A stretch of 64,000 nt of DNA from contig CAMZNS010000032.1 in the NCBI GenBank assembly GCA_947313855.1, positions 1,306-65,305 on the forward strand, in the 5' to 3' direction. The position numbers and the translations under genes were made by a program. Of the stretch, positions 9,502-19,934 are shown piece by piece. This stretch comes from an uncultured Deferribacteraceae bacterium (GTDB lineage Bacteria > Chrysiogenota > Deferribacteres > CAMZNJ01). Position 1 is the first letter of the stretch. Every line of letters begins with the position of its first letter. The notes beneath the pieces were generated by a model. It was not told the DNA's origin, made no database searches, and saw nothing but the letters and a program-made list of their open reading frames with translations.

Positions 9502-10671
9502 TTAGTCGTAGCTCTCTAACTCCGCAAATGGGTAGCTGTCCACTTCATACACGTACCCCAAAGGGTTTTGTATGTAGTAAAATATACCAACCTGACAGAT
9601 GGGGAGGAGCGTATCGGTAATCCCTGCGGATTCGGTGCCTTGCACCACAACCATGGAGCCCGAAACGGCGTTACCCGTGGTTGGCGTTAACGTGGTTGGC
9701 GTGGCACCCAACCCCAAGGCAGAACACTCCTGCGGAAACCGACCATCCAAAGAGTACACGCGGAAGGCATCCAGTGGTGCAATATTCGCAAAAACCCTGC
9801 GACTCTCATCCGCCTGCAAAACCACTTTCGAGTTGAGTATCCACACCCCACCCCGCTCCGACAAAAACCCCTCTTCGTCACCCCCCACATGGGAATACAC
9901 AAGGGAATACTGCAAATCGCCAACATTCACAGCCCAAAACTCCATGCTATCCATGACAATATCGTAAACCCTCTGACTCGCTACCTGCTCGGCTGTGTCC
10001 GGTATAATCTGATACAAGTTCGTCGTCACAATATGAACTCTGTCCCCATACTTAACATACATGAACCCCTGAAAATGGGACGACTGCTCCCGTATTGCCG
10101 ATCCAAACTCCAAAACATGCCTCGCACCATTTCGAGTAACAATGGTCAGCTTACTAGGGTGCCCTTCACGGGTGACACTCAGGGGGGCATCGTCGTTGTT
10201 GCTGTCGTTGTTGCTGTCGTCAACACCATCCGCCATTTGTGGCAAAAAATCTTTCAAAAAATACTCGTCGCCAACTTCATCAATAGGTGTGGAACCCTCA
10301 CTTTTCAGATCGACCACATCCCGCAACACCTTCTCCACCAATGCGTTGTTAGCGGGGATACGCACACCCCTGTGAGTGTCGCCACCAGCGGTTTTATACG
10401 CGGTGATAAACCACCCCGCACCACCACCCGAAGCATACTCGAGGGTGTAAGCAGGCATCGACGTAACCATGGCACCAGCACCAACACTAGGCGTGTAACT
10501 CACCGACTGAATAACATTGCCGTCGTTGCCACTAACAAGGATATTCGCAGGGAGAACGTTTGCCACTGCACTAGGACGCACAGACACAACGTACACAGAC
10601 ACAGCAACAATTACTACAACCACGGCCATCACTTCAATACGTATTAAATGTGCAAGCTTGTGTTTAGTCAT
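9502..10671 (-). CDS. DUF4340-like membrane-anchored protein of a Gld-type ABC locus
   Basis: N-terminal TM segment; W...PAN..LVEKVLRDV and L.FG......YVK..D.V..V pattern; ATG overlaps the upstream stop (ATGACTAA); last gene of an ATPase-permease/GldG operon. Confidence 0.55.
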   Translation of the reverse strand: MTKHKLAHLIRIEVMAVVVVIVAVSVYVVSVRPSAVANVLPANILVSGNDGNVIQSVSYTPSVGAGAMVTSMPAYTLEYASGGGAGWFITAYKTAGGDTHRGVRIPANNALVEKVLRDVVDLKSEGSTPIDEVGDEYFLKDFLPQMADGVDDSNNDSNNDDAPLSVTREGHPSKLTIVTRNGARHVLEFGSAIREQSSHFQGFMYVKYGDRVHIVTTNLYQIIPDTAEQVASQRVYDIVMDSMEFWAVNVGDLQYSLVYSHVGGDEEGFLSERGGVWILNSKVVLQADESRRVFANIAPLDAFRVYSLDGRFPQECSALGLGATPTTLTPTTGNAVSGSMVVVQGTESAGITDTLLPICQVGIFYYIQNPLGYVYEVDSYPFAELESYD

Positions 10672-13240
10672 CCCTACCCCCTTGGGCACCCCTGAGCAAC
10701 AACGATACCGCCCGAAAACGCCGACGCAAACCCATAACCATGAAGAAACCGACAACCAGAAGGGGTGCAACAACAAACCATAACCTATACACACCCTCGG
10801 AACCGTACACGTCAGGACGAACAGGGGTTACACCCCGACCCTTGGGTGGTACCGGCGAAATATAAACACCGCCAGACGCACCGCCAGACACACCGCCAGA
10901 CGCACCGCCAGACACAAACTTACTACGACTCAACACGGCTCCACTATTGAGAATACTTACCAGAAGCTGAGCATTGTCGGCACTGTGGAAGAACTGCTCC
11001 CCCCACAACTGTGCGTCTGACACTAAGTAGAGCCCCCCGAACCCCGTTGCATCACCAGACTCACCAGACTCACCAGACTCACCAGCTGAAACCACTTTAA
11101 CCGCAAGTGCACTCGAACCTGTATAGTTTGTGTACTGCTTCCCCAAAGGTATGGCCAGCTCCCTCGACATATCCACCCCCGACTGCTTGGTGGAGCTCAG
11201 GATGGGGGTAACAGTAATATTGACAACGCCACCACCATGGCGACCGTAAGGCTCGTACACACCTGTACTGCCAAAGGGGTACGACGCGGTGATGGCAGAC
11301 GCATACGCCAACACAACCCGCGATACACCCTCCGTCTCCAAGGCTGTGCCCGTGGTCGTGGTCGGCTGAACATTCAACACAAACGGCAGCTTGACGCTAC
11401 GAACACCGCCAAACATATCACCAATCTGCACAAACAACGAACTGCTATCGTAAACAAGACCCTGACTCAAAACAATACCCATGGACGCAAGTAACGGCTC
11501 AAAACCTGTTTGCACACGCTGAAGAGGTATCTGATTGCGATTAATACTGCTAAGACCCAGACCATCCAGCTGAACATTATCCAACGCAAGCAACACGGTG
11601 CCACCTAGCTCCAAGTAGGTTGCCACGGAGTTAACAACAGCTGTCGGTGCCGTGCCCTCGTCCACCACAACAACCAAAATATCGTATGCTAAGTTGCGGT
11701 CTGCTGAGGTGCCCGACGTGGTGGAGGCACTGAATAACGGATTACTACCCGTGCTATTGCTAATATCCGTCCCACTCAACCACTCAATACGGAAATCGCT
11801 ACCAAGGTGTGTTTTCCAAATTATGGCTAGGGCATCTTGCTCTTCGCTACCGTGCTCATGATCGTCACCTGCGTAAGCATCACCGTCACCTGCGTAAGCA
11901 TCACCGTCACCACCCATGTACACAACACCCACCGTTGGCATAGCAATCTTCGACCCCAAAAGCTGCTTGATGACACCACTAATTCGCCGCTCCATCAACG
12001 ACTTCCCCATCAAGTTGGGTATGACAACATTTTCACCGCCGTAAGATACGATGGCACCAAAATAGTTCTCACCACCACCCGACGCACCACCACCCGACGC
12101 ACCCTTGCTCGGCGTATAAATGGGCTCCAACTCATACGCACCCGGAATCAGGGGCAACAACTCCCTGCCACTAATGGAGATGTTGCTCACTCGCACCGAT
12201 CCCCGCAAACCGCTCCTGTCCGCATAAGACACATACCTATCCAGCAACTGCTCAGCGTAGGTGTAGTTCTCCTGTATCGACGCAGGCAAAGGTGTTGTAT
12301 GCAACAAGATAACTCCCACATCACCACCCGTTCCCGCAATATCCAAAATCTCACGAGTAGGCTCACTAAGGCGAAACAAACCCCTGCCCGTCATGTCAAA
12401 CTGCACAACAAACCAGTAGGGCAACAGCAACGAACTCACAACAATTACCCAAACCGAAACAACTTTCACAAACAACAAACCGATGCCCACAAAACCACGT
12501 CGCAACTGTGCCACATAGTAAGCCATAAACAGAATACCCAAGGGCACAACAACAAAATAAACCACATTCAACAAGGTCTGCTCACCAAACAAAAACGGCG
12601 GATAATGATAAGCAATACTGCCAACATATGCATAACGAAGAAGACTCTCCGGTAACAAAAAAGTGAGAAACAACGGCGTATACAACAAAAACCACAAAAA
12701 TAACGCAAATGCAAACGATGCCGAAATACGACGCACAACCATGGACGAAAAAATAATCAAAGAAGCATTCAACAAAATAATGAAAACAAAACCGATGAGC
12801 GAAGATAACTCCAAAACCCAAACAATACCACCAGTACTCGAAACAACAAACAACAAACCAACCGTAACAACAACAAGGGGCAACGATACCAATACCAACG
12901 CAAAATACGAACCAACAATAATATGATACCAACGGATATTCGACGAAAATAAGTAATCCATCAAACCACCACGAGACTTGCTAAGGGGATGACTAAGAAG
13001 ACCCGCACCCATAAATAACATGGCAATCATACTCAAAAACGGGGCCAGAAGATAGTAAGGATACAACGATACGCGGTACTCAATAAAATAAACGGACGAA
13101 AGATACACACCGCTAACAACACCATACACCAACAAAACCACGTAATACGAATAAGCACGACCGTACAACACGAAACACAACGAATATACCGCCAAAAACT
13201 TGCGAATACTAGACGACAGCAACATAACCAACATCCTCAC
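10664..13240 (-). CDS. Fused ABC-2 permease (GldF-like) and GldG-family auxiliary component
   Basis: About 7 N-terminal TM helices, then DMTGRGLFRLSEPTREIL (GldG N-terminal motif), NYFGAIVSYGG, YLELGG.VLLALD, LYLVSDA..NAQL and a C-terminal TM. Confidence 0.7.
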   Translation of the reverse strand: MRMLVMLLSSSIRKFLAVYSLCFVLYGRAYSYYVVLLVYGVVSGVYLSSVYFIEYRVSLYPYYLLAPFLSMIAMLFMGAGLLSHPLSKSRGGLMDYLFSSNIRWYHIIVGSYFALVLVSLPLVVVTVGLLFVVSSTGGIVWVLELSSLIGFVFIILLNASLIIFSSMVVRRISASFAFALFLWFLLYTPLFLTFLLPESLLRYAYVGSIAYHYPPFLFGEQTLLNVVYFVVVPLGILFMAYYVAQLRRGFVGIGLLFVKVVSVWVIVVSSLLLPYWFVVQFDMTGRGLFRLSEPTREILDIAGTGGDVGVILLHTTPLPASIQENYTYAEQLLDRYVSYADRSGLRGSVRVSNISISGRELLPLIPGAYELEPIYTPSKGASGGGASGGGENYFGAIVSYGGENVVIPNLMGKSLMERRISGVIKQLLGSKIAMPTVGVVYMGGDGDAYAGDGDAYAGDDHEHGSEEQDALAIIWKTHLGSDFRIEWLSGTDISNSTGSNPLFSASTTSGTSADRNLAYDILVVVVDEGTAPTAVVNSVATYLELGGTVLLALDNVQLDGLGLSSINRNQIPLQRVQTGFEPLLASMGIVLSQGLVYDSSSLFVQIGDMFGGVRSVKLPFVLNVQPTTTTGTALETEGVSRVVLAYASAITASYPFGSTGVYEPYGRHGGGVVNITVTPILSSTKQSGVDMSRELAIPLGKQYTNYTGSSALAVKVVSAGESGESGESGDATGFGGLYLVSDAQLWGEQFFHSADNAQLLVSILNSGAVLSRSKFVSGGASGGVSGGASGGVYISPVPPKGRGVTPVRPDVYGSEGVYRLWFVVAPLLVVGFFMVMGLRRRFRAVSLLLRGAQGGRDD

Positions 13241-13255
13241 AAAAACATCCTCGCA

Positions 13256-14131
13256 TTAACACGAAGAACCCGAACCAACCGAGTTACCCAAAATACCATC
13301 ATAAATACCCGAAAGATACTCCCGAACACCCACACCACTCAAAGAGGAAGAAACATCACCACCAACACGAAGATGAACCGTTCTCGCAAGACAACCACCA
13401 TCCAACACAAACACCGTATCACACAACTCAACCATATCATCCAACAGGTGCGAAGACACAACAACAATACTACCACAACCCATCAAACGAATAATCTCAT
13501 GCAAAAATATGCGAAAAGAAGCATCAACATCACTGGACGGCTCATCAAGAACAACTACTGGCGGTGAATAAAGCAGAGCAGCAGCAATACCCACACGCTT
13601 GCGGTAACCCTTGGACAGCTTACCGCAAAGGGTGGCGGAATACGGGGCAAGACCACACAGATTCATGACACGACGTGCCTCTTGGCGAGGGGTGGCAGAC
13701 GCGGTGGACGCGATGGACGCAGAAACACGGTCGGGACACCTCAACTTTGCACAAAACTCGAGGAACTCAACAACACTAAGCTCAGGCACAACAAAACTAT
13801 CCTCAGGGAGGTAGCCAACACTCACAGACGACGTGGGCGACGTGGGCGACGTGGGCGACGTGGACACATCAGGCACCCCACCAGCACTAATCTCCACCCC
13901 ACCAGTGGTCGCCACCATCGCACCAGCCATAATACGCATCCACGTGCTTTTCCCACTACCGTTTGCCCCCAGTATCCCGTACACCCCAGGGGCACCCATA
14001 ACAATACGCTCCCCACGTAGATCGAGGATCGTCTGCTTACGCCCCATACGCTTGCTGAGGTTGACGGTAGTCATCACGGTTGCAACAGGCGTAGCCGTAG
14101 TCGTGGTCGTGGTCGTAGGCTGTCTCTCCAT
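13256..14131 (-). CDS. ABC transporter ATP-binding protein (GldA-like)
   Basis: Walker A GANGSGKS, VGYLPE, signature LSKGYRKR, Walker B VVVLDEP, SSHLL; start uncertain (14131 or 14188). Confidence 0.88.
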   Translation of the reverse strand: MERQPTTTTTTTATPVATVMTTVNLSKRMGRKQTILDLRGERIVMGAPGVYGILGANGSGKSTWMRIMAGAMVATTGGVEISAGGVPDVSTSPTSPTSPTSSVSVGYLPEDSFVVPELSVVEFLEFCAKLRCPDRVSASIASTASATPRQEARRVMNLCGLAPYSATLCGKLSKGYRKRVGIAAALLYSPPVVVLDEPSSDVDASFRIFLHEIIRLMGCGSIVVVSSHLLDDMVELCDTVFVLDGGCLARTVHLRVGGDVSSSLSGVGVREYLSGIYDGILGNSVGSGSSC

Positions 14132-14243
14132 ACTGATCTGCCCCCAAATAAATACAATGCGAAATAACTGTACCATCATACACCGCAAGAACAGCCAAAC
14201 ACAACAGTAATTTGCCGTGCATCAGCACCCTCGGGCACCACAA

Positions 14244-14288
14244 CAATCACGCCACGGCAATCACGCCACGGCAATCACGCCACAGCAA
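14244..14288. repeat. 14-bp tandem repeat CAATCACGCCAC(G/A)G x3
   Basis: Read directly in a divergent promoter region. Confidence 0.9.
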
Positions 14289-14296
14289 AACAAGCG

Positions 14297-14325
14297 TTGA
14301 AATTCCCGTATTGCCGTGTTACAAT
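14297..14325 (+). promoter_or_regulatory. Putative sigma70 promoter
   Basis: TTGAAA-N17-TACAAT about 100 bp upstream of the permease gene. Confidence 0.5.
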
Positions 14326-14426
14326 GGTCTTGTTACACAAATACTCTTGCTACAAAAATACTTTCGTTACAAGCCGACCTGCCTTGAAAAGTGTAGCTTC
14401 AGGAGCACGCCACAGTTATCAAGACC

Positions 14427-16127
14427 ATGCACACGCAAACGCACATGCACATGCACATGCGACCCAACTTTCTCCAGTTGCGATCCCTTTTGTACCTCTT
14501 TTTTGCCCTATTTTTCCTTGGCAATATCCCCTTCCTGAGCATCGCCTTCCTCGACTACTCCTACGACGGTATTTTGCATTCAACATTTGCGGGGTTCGAC
14601 AACTTTCGTCCCATATTCAACGGCACCATGTCGCCTGTCATCCTCTGGAACACCCTCTGGCTTGGCACCGTTCGCATACTGCTCCTCCTCACGTTCTCCC
14701 TAACCAGTGCCTACTTCATCTCAAAATACTGGCATTCATGGTTAATGCCCGCCTTGTTGATTGTCGCCCTGTTGCCCAATTTTTTCTCATCCCCCGCAAC
14801 AGCCGCAATTTTCAAAACCCTTTTCGCCCATGACGGCATTATCGTCACAGTATTCGCCATGGATGCCAACCATACTGTTTTTTTCACTAGTGCCCCCTAT
14901 TTTTACATAGTTGTGTTCTTGTATATTTTATGGCAGAGTAGCGGTTTGTACATATTATTGGCGACCCTAGCGTTTACCAGTATCGATTCCAACTACTACG
15001 ACTTCATTCGCCTCCATTCAAGTCGCAACAAAACATTAAACTCCATCGCCTACGTACTGCTCCCCTTTTCACGCGGATACCTTTTCACCACCCTTGTACT
15101 CCTTGCCCTAGGTTTTTTCTCCGGAGTATTCGAGCCCATCTACACCATGTACAATCCCGCCCTGTATGATCGCGTCGACACAGTCTCCACCTACGCCTTA
15201 CGCACGTTTCTCAGCACCTCCCAACCTGAGCTACCCTTTGCCCTCACCCTTTTGGAGAACATGGCACTCCTCCTCCTCCTTGCCCCCCTTGTTCGCACCA
15301 CATTCCAACGCGTTGACGGTTGGGGCACCCGTTCCAAGGAGAACCACCATCGCTTCGTTCCGACCCGTATCACCATCCTTGCCAGAGTGTTTGTCCCCCT
15401 GTTTGTGGTGTTTTTCCTCGCCCCCATCCTACTCACCATACCTTGGCGAATCGCCCCCCTCCTTGTTCCCCTCCACGATCCTAGCTTCGTCCACGCCCTT
15501 TGGGTGAGCATCAAGGTAACAAGCATGGGCACCGCCCTCTCCCTGATACTTATTTACAGCAGTGCCTATATTTTTTCCAACATCAGTGCACGGGAAACCA
15601 GTGTATTTTTCCACATCCTTATGTTTGCTGTGGTGTTCAACGGTGGTGTTCTCGGTTTGTACATGGTTCTGAAGTGGCTCGGACTTATCAACACCCTGTA
15701 CGCCCTTATCCTCCCCTACCTGTTTTCGCCATTCTACTTTTATTACGCATTTTTCCGCATCAAAGATTACCCCGCAAGCGTTATCTACAGCACCAAGTTG
15801 CACACAGGGAGCCACGTTAAGATGCTGTTGAAGGTGTTGGTACCCATGGACAAGAAGTTTATCATGGCACTAGGTGTGCTCCTGTTTTTCTCACACTGGA
15901 ACAACTGGCTACCGAACATTATTTTCACCCACGCCGAAGACCTCGTAACCGTACAACTCTACATCCTCAACGTATTTCGTGGCGGTGGCAGTGTCCTTGG
16001 CATGGGGGACATACTCAGCACACAAGAGCAGATGGCATACGTTTACATCTCCCTACTTCCCGCCCTAGCACTCTTCCCTTTTACATACGGTATCTTTCGA
16101 ATATGGAAAAATATACCAAAACAGTAA
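14427..16127 (+). CDS. Carbohydrate ABC transporter permease with two permease domains fused (LplB/LplC-like)
   Basis: First half FAGFDNF, WQSSG, TSIDSNYYD, FEPIYTMYNP..YDRVDTVSTY; second half FNGGVLGLYMV...LGLINTLYALILP, HWNNW, TVQLYI. Confidence 0.75.
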   Translation: MHTQTHMHMHMRPNFLQLRSLLYLFFALFFLGNIPFLSIAFLDYSYDGILHSTFAGFDNFRPIFNGTMSPVILWNTLWLGTVRILLLLTFSLTSAYFISKYWHSWLMPALLIVALLPNFFSSPATAAIFKTLFAHDGIIVTVFAMDANHTVFFTSAPYFYIVVFLYILWQSSGLYILLATLAFTSIDSNYYDFIRLHSSRNKTLNSIAYVLLPFSRGYLFTTLVLLALGFFSGVFEPIYTMYNPALYDRVDTVSTYALRTFLSTSQPELPFALTLLENMALLLLLAPLVRTTFQRVDGWGTRSKENHHRFVPTRITILARVFVPLFVVFFLAPILLTIPWRIAPLLVPLHDPSFVHALWVSIKVTSMGTALSLILIYSSAYIFSNISARETSVFFHILMFAVVFNGGVLGLYMVLKWLGLINTLYALILPYLFSPFYFYYAFFRIKDYPASVIYSTKLHTGSHVKMLLKVLVPMDKKFIMALGVLLFFSHWNNWLPNIIFTHAEDLVTVQLYILNVFRGGGSVLGMGDILSTQEQMAYVYISLLPALALFPFTYGIFRIWKNIPKQ

Positions 16128-16186
16128 AAAGCATAGACAAAAAACTTTACAATATGTATGTATATCAAATACAAGGAGGTAGCATT

Positions 16187-17737
16187 ATGCCTTTTCACAG
16201 CAAAACAAAAATACTAGGTGCACACACAACCTACAACACTATTATTCCTATCGCCCTTGCACTCTTTCTCCTACTAGCCAGTGGGTGTGCCACCACCAAC
16301 AACAAGAATGACAATGACAGCCTCAACACCGTAAGCATCTTCCACTACAACCTCAAAATCAACAGCACCTCCCCCGTATACCAACAGATACACAACGCCA
16401 CAGGACTCGATATTGTGGGCATCTACTCACCAATATCCATGTGGAGCGAAAAACTCAACACCATGGCTCTCGCAAACGACCTACCCGACATATTCATTAC
16501 CTACGGACCAGGGTTTAGCGACGGCGAAAATCTGCGGAAAAAAGGTGCCCTCCTCAACCTAGCACCATACATCAACCCACCACGCAAAGCCAGCCTATAC
16601 CCCAATCTACAAAAACACTTAACCCTACTCAACGTCGACTACCACCAAACCAACAAAATATTCTTCATCCCTATTAACGTCGGACTCGAACACACATTCA
16701 TATTCCGACAAGATATGCTGGACGCCATTAACACAAAAACACCCAGAACACTCGACGAATTCTACATCGCCGCCAAAAAACTACGCCAAAAATACAACAT
16801 CTACCCCATAACATCAGGGGACTACAGCAGTGGCGGACTTCGTCGACTCAACCCCATTTTCTACGCCCACAACGGCTCATGGTACTCATGGTACAAAAAT
16901 CCCGAAACAGAAACCATGGAACCCGACTGGATAAGCAACAACAACAAAGAAGCTGTCCGATACATCCGCAAACTCTACACCGAACAACTACTCGACCCAA
17001 ACTTCTTCACCAACACAGACGCTACCAAAAATAAAAAAATCTACGCATCAGAAGCAGCAATCGCACAAGTATCGAACTACGGACGCGTTTACAACAACCT
17101 ACGTAAACAATCACCAAATGCACGCCTATCATACACACCCGTACTCTTCAACAACGAAGAAAAAGCCGGAATACAACGCATGCCCTTCCTCACAGCCATA
17201 TCCATACCCGCAAACAGGAACGACAGACAGATACACAACGCCCTCACACTACTAGACTACCTCTACTCCGACGAAGGACGAAAACTATTGCGATACGGTA
17301 TCGAAGGAAAACACTACTACATCAACAACAACGGCACCCCCATGCCACTACTACCCAAAGTAGGGACCACCATCGAAGGCAAAATCATCTACGAAAACCT
17401 CGACAAAATCGACACCACAGCAAAACTACGCACACTCGTGGAAAAAGGGGGTGCGTTCTACGTCCCTTGGGAACCCTACTACGAAGACCTCGTCAACATC
17501 GTAAATATGGCCAACAAATACGCACAGTTTGACCCCACTCACTTCCGCAAAACCGACCTACAAAACAAACTCGAACCCGCACTCAACAGCTACGCCATCA
17601 GCAGTTATGTCCAACTAATCGTAAGCAAAGATGTCACCGACCAAAACTTCGACAACAGGTGGAACACCTTTGTACAAACATACCTAAGCAAGGGGGGAGC
17701 GGAACTCATACAAGAACAAAAAGATTTGTCAAAATAA
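16187..17737 (+). CDS. Extracellular solute-binding lipoprotein (sugar SBP family 1, LplA-like)
   Basis: GGAGGT RBS before ATG 16187; lipobox LASGC; EKLNTMALANDLPDI, FRQDMLD..P.TLDEFY, LDYLYSDEG..L.RYGIEGKHY. Confidence 0.85.
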   Translation: MPFHSKTKILGAHTTYNTIIPIALALFLLLASGCATTNNKNDNDSLNTVSIFHYNLKINSTSPVYQQIHNATGLDIVGIYSPISMWSEKLNTMALANDLPDIFITYGPGFSDGENLRKKGALLNLAPYINPPRKASLYPNLQKHLTLLNVDYHQTNKIFFIPINVGLEHTFIFRQDMLDAINTKTPRTLDEFYIAAKKLRQKYNIYPITSGDYSSGGLRRLNPIFYAHNGSWYSWYKNPETETMEPDWISNNNKEAVRYIRKLYTEQLLDPNFFTNTDATKNKKIYASEAAIAQVSNYGRVYNNLRKQSPNARLSYTPVLFNNEEKAGIQRMPFLTAISIPANRNDRQIHNALTLLDYLYSDEGRKLLRYGIEGKHYYINNNGTPMPLLPKVGTTIEGKIIYENLDKIDTTAKLRTLVEKGGAFYVPWEPYYEDLVNIVNMANKYAQFDPTHFRKTDLQNKLEPALNSYAISSYVQLIVSKDVTDQNFDNRWNTFVQTYLSKGGAELIQEQKDLSK

Positions 17738-17760
17738 AACATGCACTCTATCGATTTTTT

Positions 17761-17769
17761 TGGTATAAT
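17761..17769 (+). promoter_or_regulatory. Putative extended -10 promoter element
   Basis: TGGTATAAT (TGnTATAAT) 40 bp upstream of mmdA. Confidence 0.4.
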
Positions 17770-17808
17770 ATCAAGCAGTAAGTTCTTTTTTTAGCTACTG
17801 GAGGTTTT

Positions 17809-19395
17809 ATGATCAACAACACAACCACTAACTCAACAAACACAAACCACGACAAAAACCCACTCGACAAGCTCTTTCAACTGCAAACAAAATATATGAA
17901 AGGGGGCTCCGACGCCTCAATACAAAAACAACACGACAAAGGGAAACTCACAGCACGTGAACGACTACTACTACTCTTCGACGAAAATACCTTCGTCGAA
18001 CTAGACATGTTTGTCCGAACACGATCCACAAACTTCGACATACACAAAAACCTTCCACACTCCGAAAGCGTTGTCACAGGGTATGGACTCATTCACGGAC
18101 GACTCGTTTACGCATACTCACAAGACTTCACCATCGTTGGCGGATCACTCGGCGAAATGCATGCCAAAAAAATCACCAAAGTAATGGACAACGCCCACAA
18201 AATGGGAGCACCACTCGTCGGCATCAACGACTCCGGTGGTGCACGCATCCAAGAAGGTATCGACGCCCTCAACGGCTACGGCGAAATATTCTACCGCAAT
18301 ACAAAATCCTCAGGCGTTATACCACAAATCACCGCAATTATGGGACCCTGTGCCGGCGGTGCCGTCTACTCACCCGCACTCACCGACTTCATCTTCATGG
18401 TGGAAAACTCCTCACAAATGTTCATCACTGGACCGCAGGTTATCAAATCCGTCACCGGCGAAGACGTCTCAGCTGAAACACTCGGCGGTGCCTCAACACA
18501 CAGCGGTCGAAGCGGTGTCGCACACTTCAGTGCCCCCAACGACGAAACCTGTATCGCACAAATCAAACAACTCATCAGCTACCTACCCTCCAACTACGGC
18601 GAAACACCACCCACATTCCAACCAAATGACGACGCAAACCGTAGCGTTGACCTCCTCAACACAGTCATACCACAAGACGCAAACACACCCTACAACGTCC
18701 TAGACATCATCAACACCGTAATGGACAACGGATCCTTCCTCGAAATACAAGCTCAGTTTGCACAAAATATCATCATCGGATTCGCACGACTCAACGGCTC
18801 AACAATCGGCATCGTTGCCAACCAACCACAAATCCTCGCCGGATGCCTCGACATCGACGCGTCCGACAAAGCTGCACGCTTCGTACGCTTCTGCGACGCA
18901 TTCAACATCCCCATACTAACAATTGTCGACGTACCAGGGTTTTTACCCGGCACCAACCAAGAATTCAACGGCATTATCCGACACGGTGCCAAACTCCTGT
19001 ACGCCTACTCCGAAGCCACTACCCCCAAAGTACAACTCGTTACACGCAAAGCCTACGGCGGCTCTTACCTTGCCATGAGCCCAAAATCACTCGGCGGGGA
19101 CATATGTCTCGCTTGGCCAACAGCCGAAATCGCCGTAATGGGTGCCAGTGGTGCCGCAAACATCATCTTCCGCAAAGAGATTGCCAAGGCAACAGACAAA
19201 GAAGCAACCAAAACAAACCTCATCAACAACTACGAATCAGAATTCAATACGCCATACAAAGCCGCCGAAAGGGGACTCATCGACGACGTTATCGAACCCG
19301 CAACAACACGCATACGACTCATCGACGCCTTCAACATGCTCCATACCAAAAATGAAGTTGCAATCGACAAAAAACACGGGAACATACCACTCTAA
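17809..19395 (+). CDS. mmdA: Acyl-CoA carboxyltransferase; methylmalonyl-CoA decarboxylase alpha subunit
   Basis: QHDKGKLTARER, QDFT..GGSLGE, DSGGARIQEG, GPCAGGAVYSP, DVPGFLPG, KKHGNIPL; operon context. Confidence 0.9.
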   Translation: MINNTTTNSTNTNHDKNPLDKLFQLQTKYMKGGSDASIQKQHDKGKLTARERLLLLFDENTFVELDMFVRTRSTNFDIHKNLPHSESVVTGYGLIHGRLVYAYSQDFTIVGGSLGEMHAKKITKVMDNAHKMGAPLVGINDSGGARIQEGIDALNGYGEIFYRNTKSSGVIPQITAIMGPCAGGAVYSPALTDFIFMVENSSQMFITGPQVIKSVTGEDVSAETLGGASTHSGRSGVAHFSAPNDETCIAQIKQLISYLPSNYGETPPTFQPNDDANRSVDLLNTVIPQDANTPYNVLDIINTVMDNGSFLEIQAQFAQNIIIGFARLNGSTIGIVANQPQILAGCLDIDASDKAARFVRFCDAFNIPILTIVDVPGFLPGTNQEFNGIIRHGAKLLYAYSEATTPKVQLVTRKAYGGSYLAMSPKSLGGDICLAWPTAEIAVMGASGAANIIFRKEIAKATDKEATKTNLINNYESEFNTPYKAAERGLIDDVIEPATTRIRLIDAFNMLHTKNEVAIDKKHGNIPL

Positions 19396-19466
19396 CACAA
19401 GCTCTAACACAGCACCCAAAAGGGTGGAACAACCCGCAACGTAGTACTCCACAATAGGATGCAATT

Positions 19467-19886
19467 ATGGATTTTACACACTTAATGGAAACCTTCACAA
19501 ACCCAGATACAATACACTCCCTACACATATTCGACAAAATGATTGTTAGCGGATTCTCCATGTTTATCGGAATCAGCGTCACCATTGCAACACTGACTAT
19601 CATTTATATCGCCATGAAACTACTCACAGTCGCATGCAACATAATCATAGCCATGAACAACGCAGGGGGCATGATGAAAATGATGCGTGGCAGGAAAGAT
19701 GCTAACGCAAATACTAGCAATGACAACAACACGAATAACACGAACAACGATAACAATGACGTTGACGTTGTCGCCATCAGTGCCGCCATACACGCCTACT
19801 ACGCACCAAGGCTACAAGCAGGGAATCGTATCGTCATCAAAAATATTATACGTGGCGAAACAAAAACACGATTCCGACACAAATAA
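19467..19886 (+). CDS. mmdD: OadG-family (delta/gamma) subunit of the Na+-translocating decarboxylase
   Basis: Single TM, low-complexity linker, VVAISAAIHAY motif, position in operon. Confidence 0.75.
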   Translation: MDFTHLMETFTNPDTIHSLHIFDKMIVSGFSMFIGISVTIATLTIIYIAMKLLTVACNIIIAMNNAGGMMKMMRGRKDANANTSNDNNTNNTNNDNNDVDVVAISAAIHAYYAPRLQAGNRIVIKNIIRGETKTRFRHK

Positions 19887-19934
19887 CCAAAACCTAAGTA
19901 CACTACATAAATTTATCCCTAGAGGTCAGTATTC

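Noticed and set aside
9889-12655. Long antisense ORFs (9889-10647, 11837-12655; likewise 49188-49910, 50695-51477, 60266-61000)
   Set aside because: These are shadows of real genes; the strong strand skew depletes stop codons on the opposite strand.
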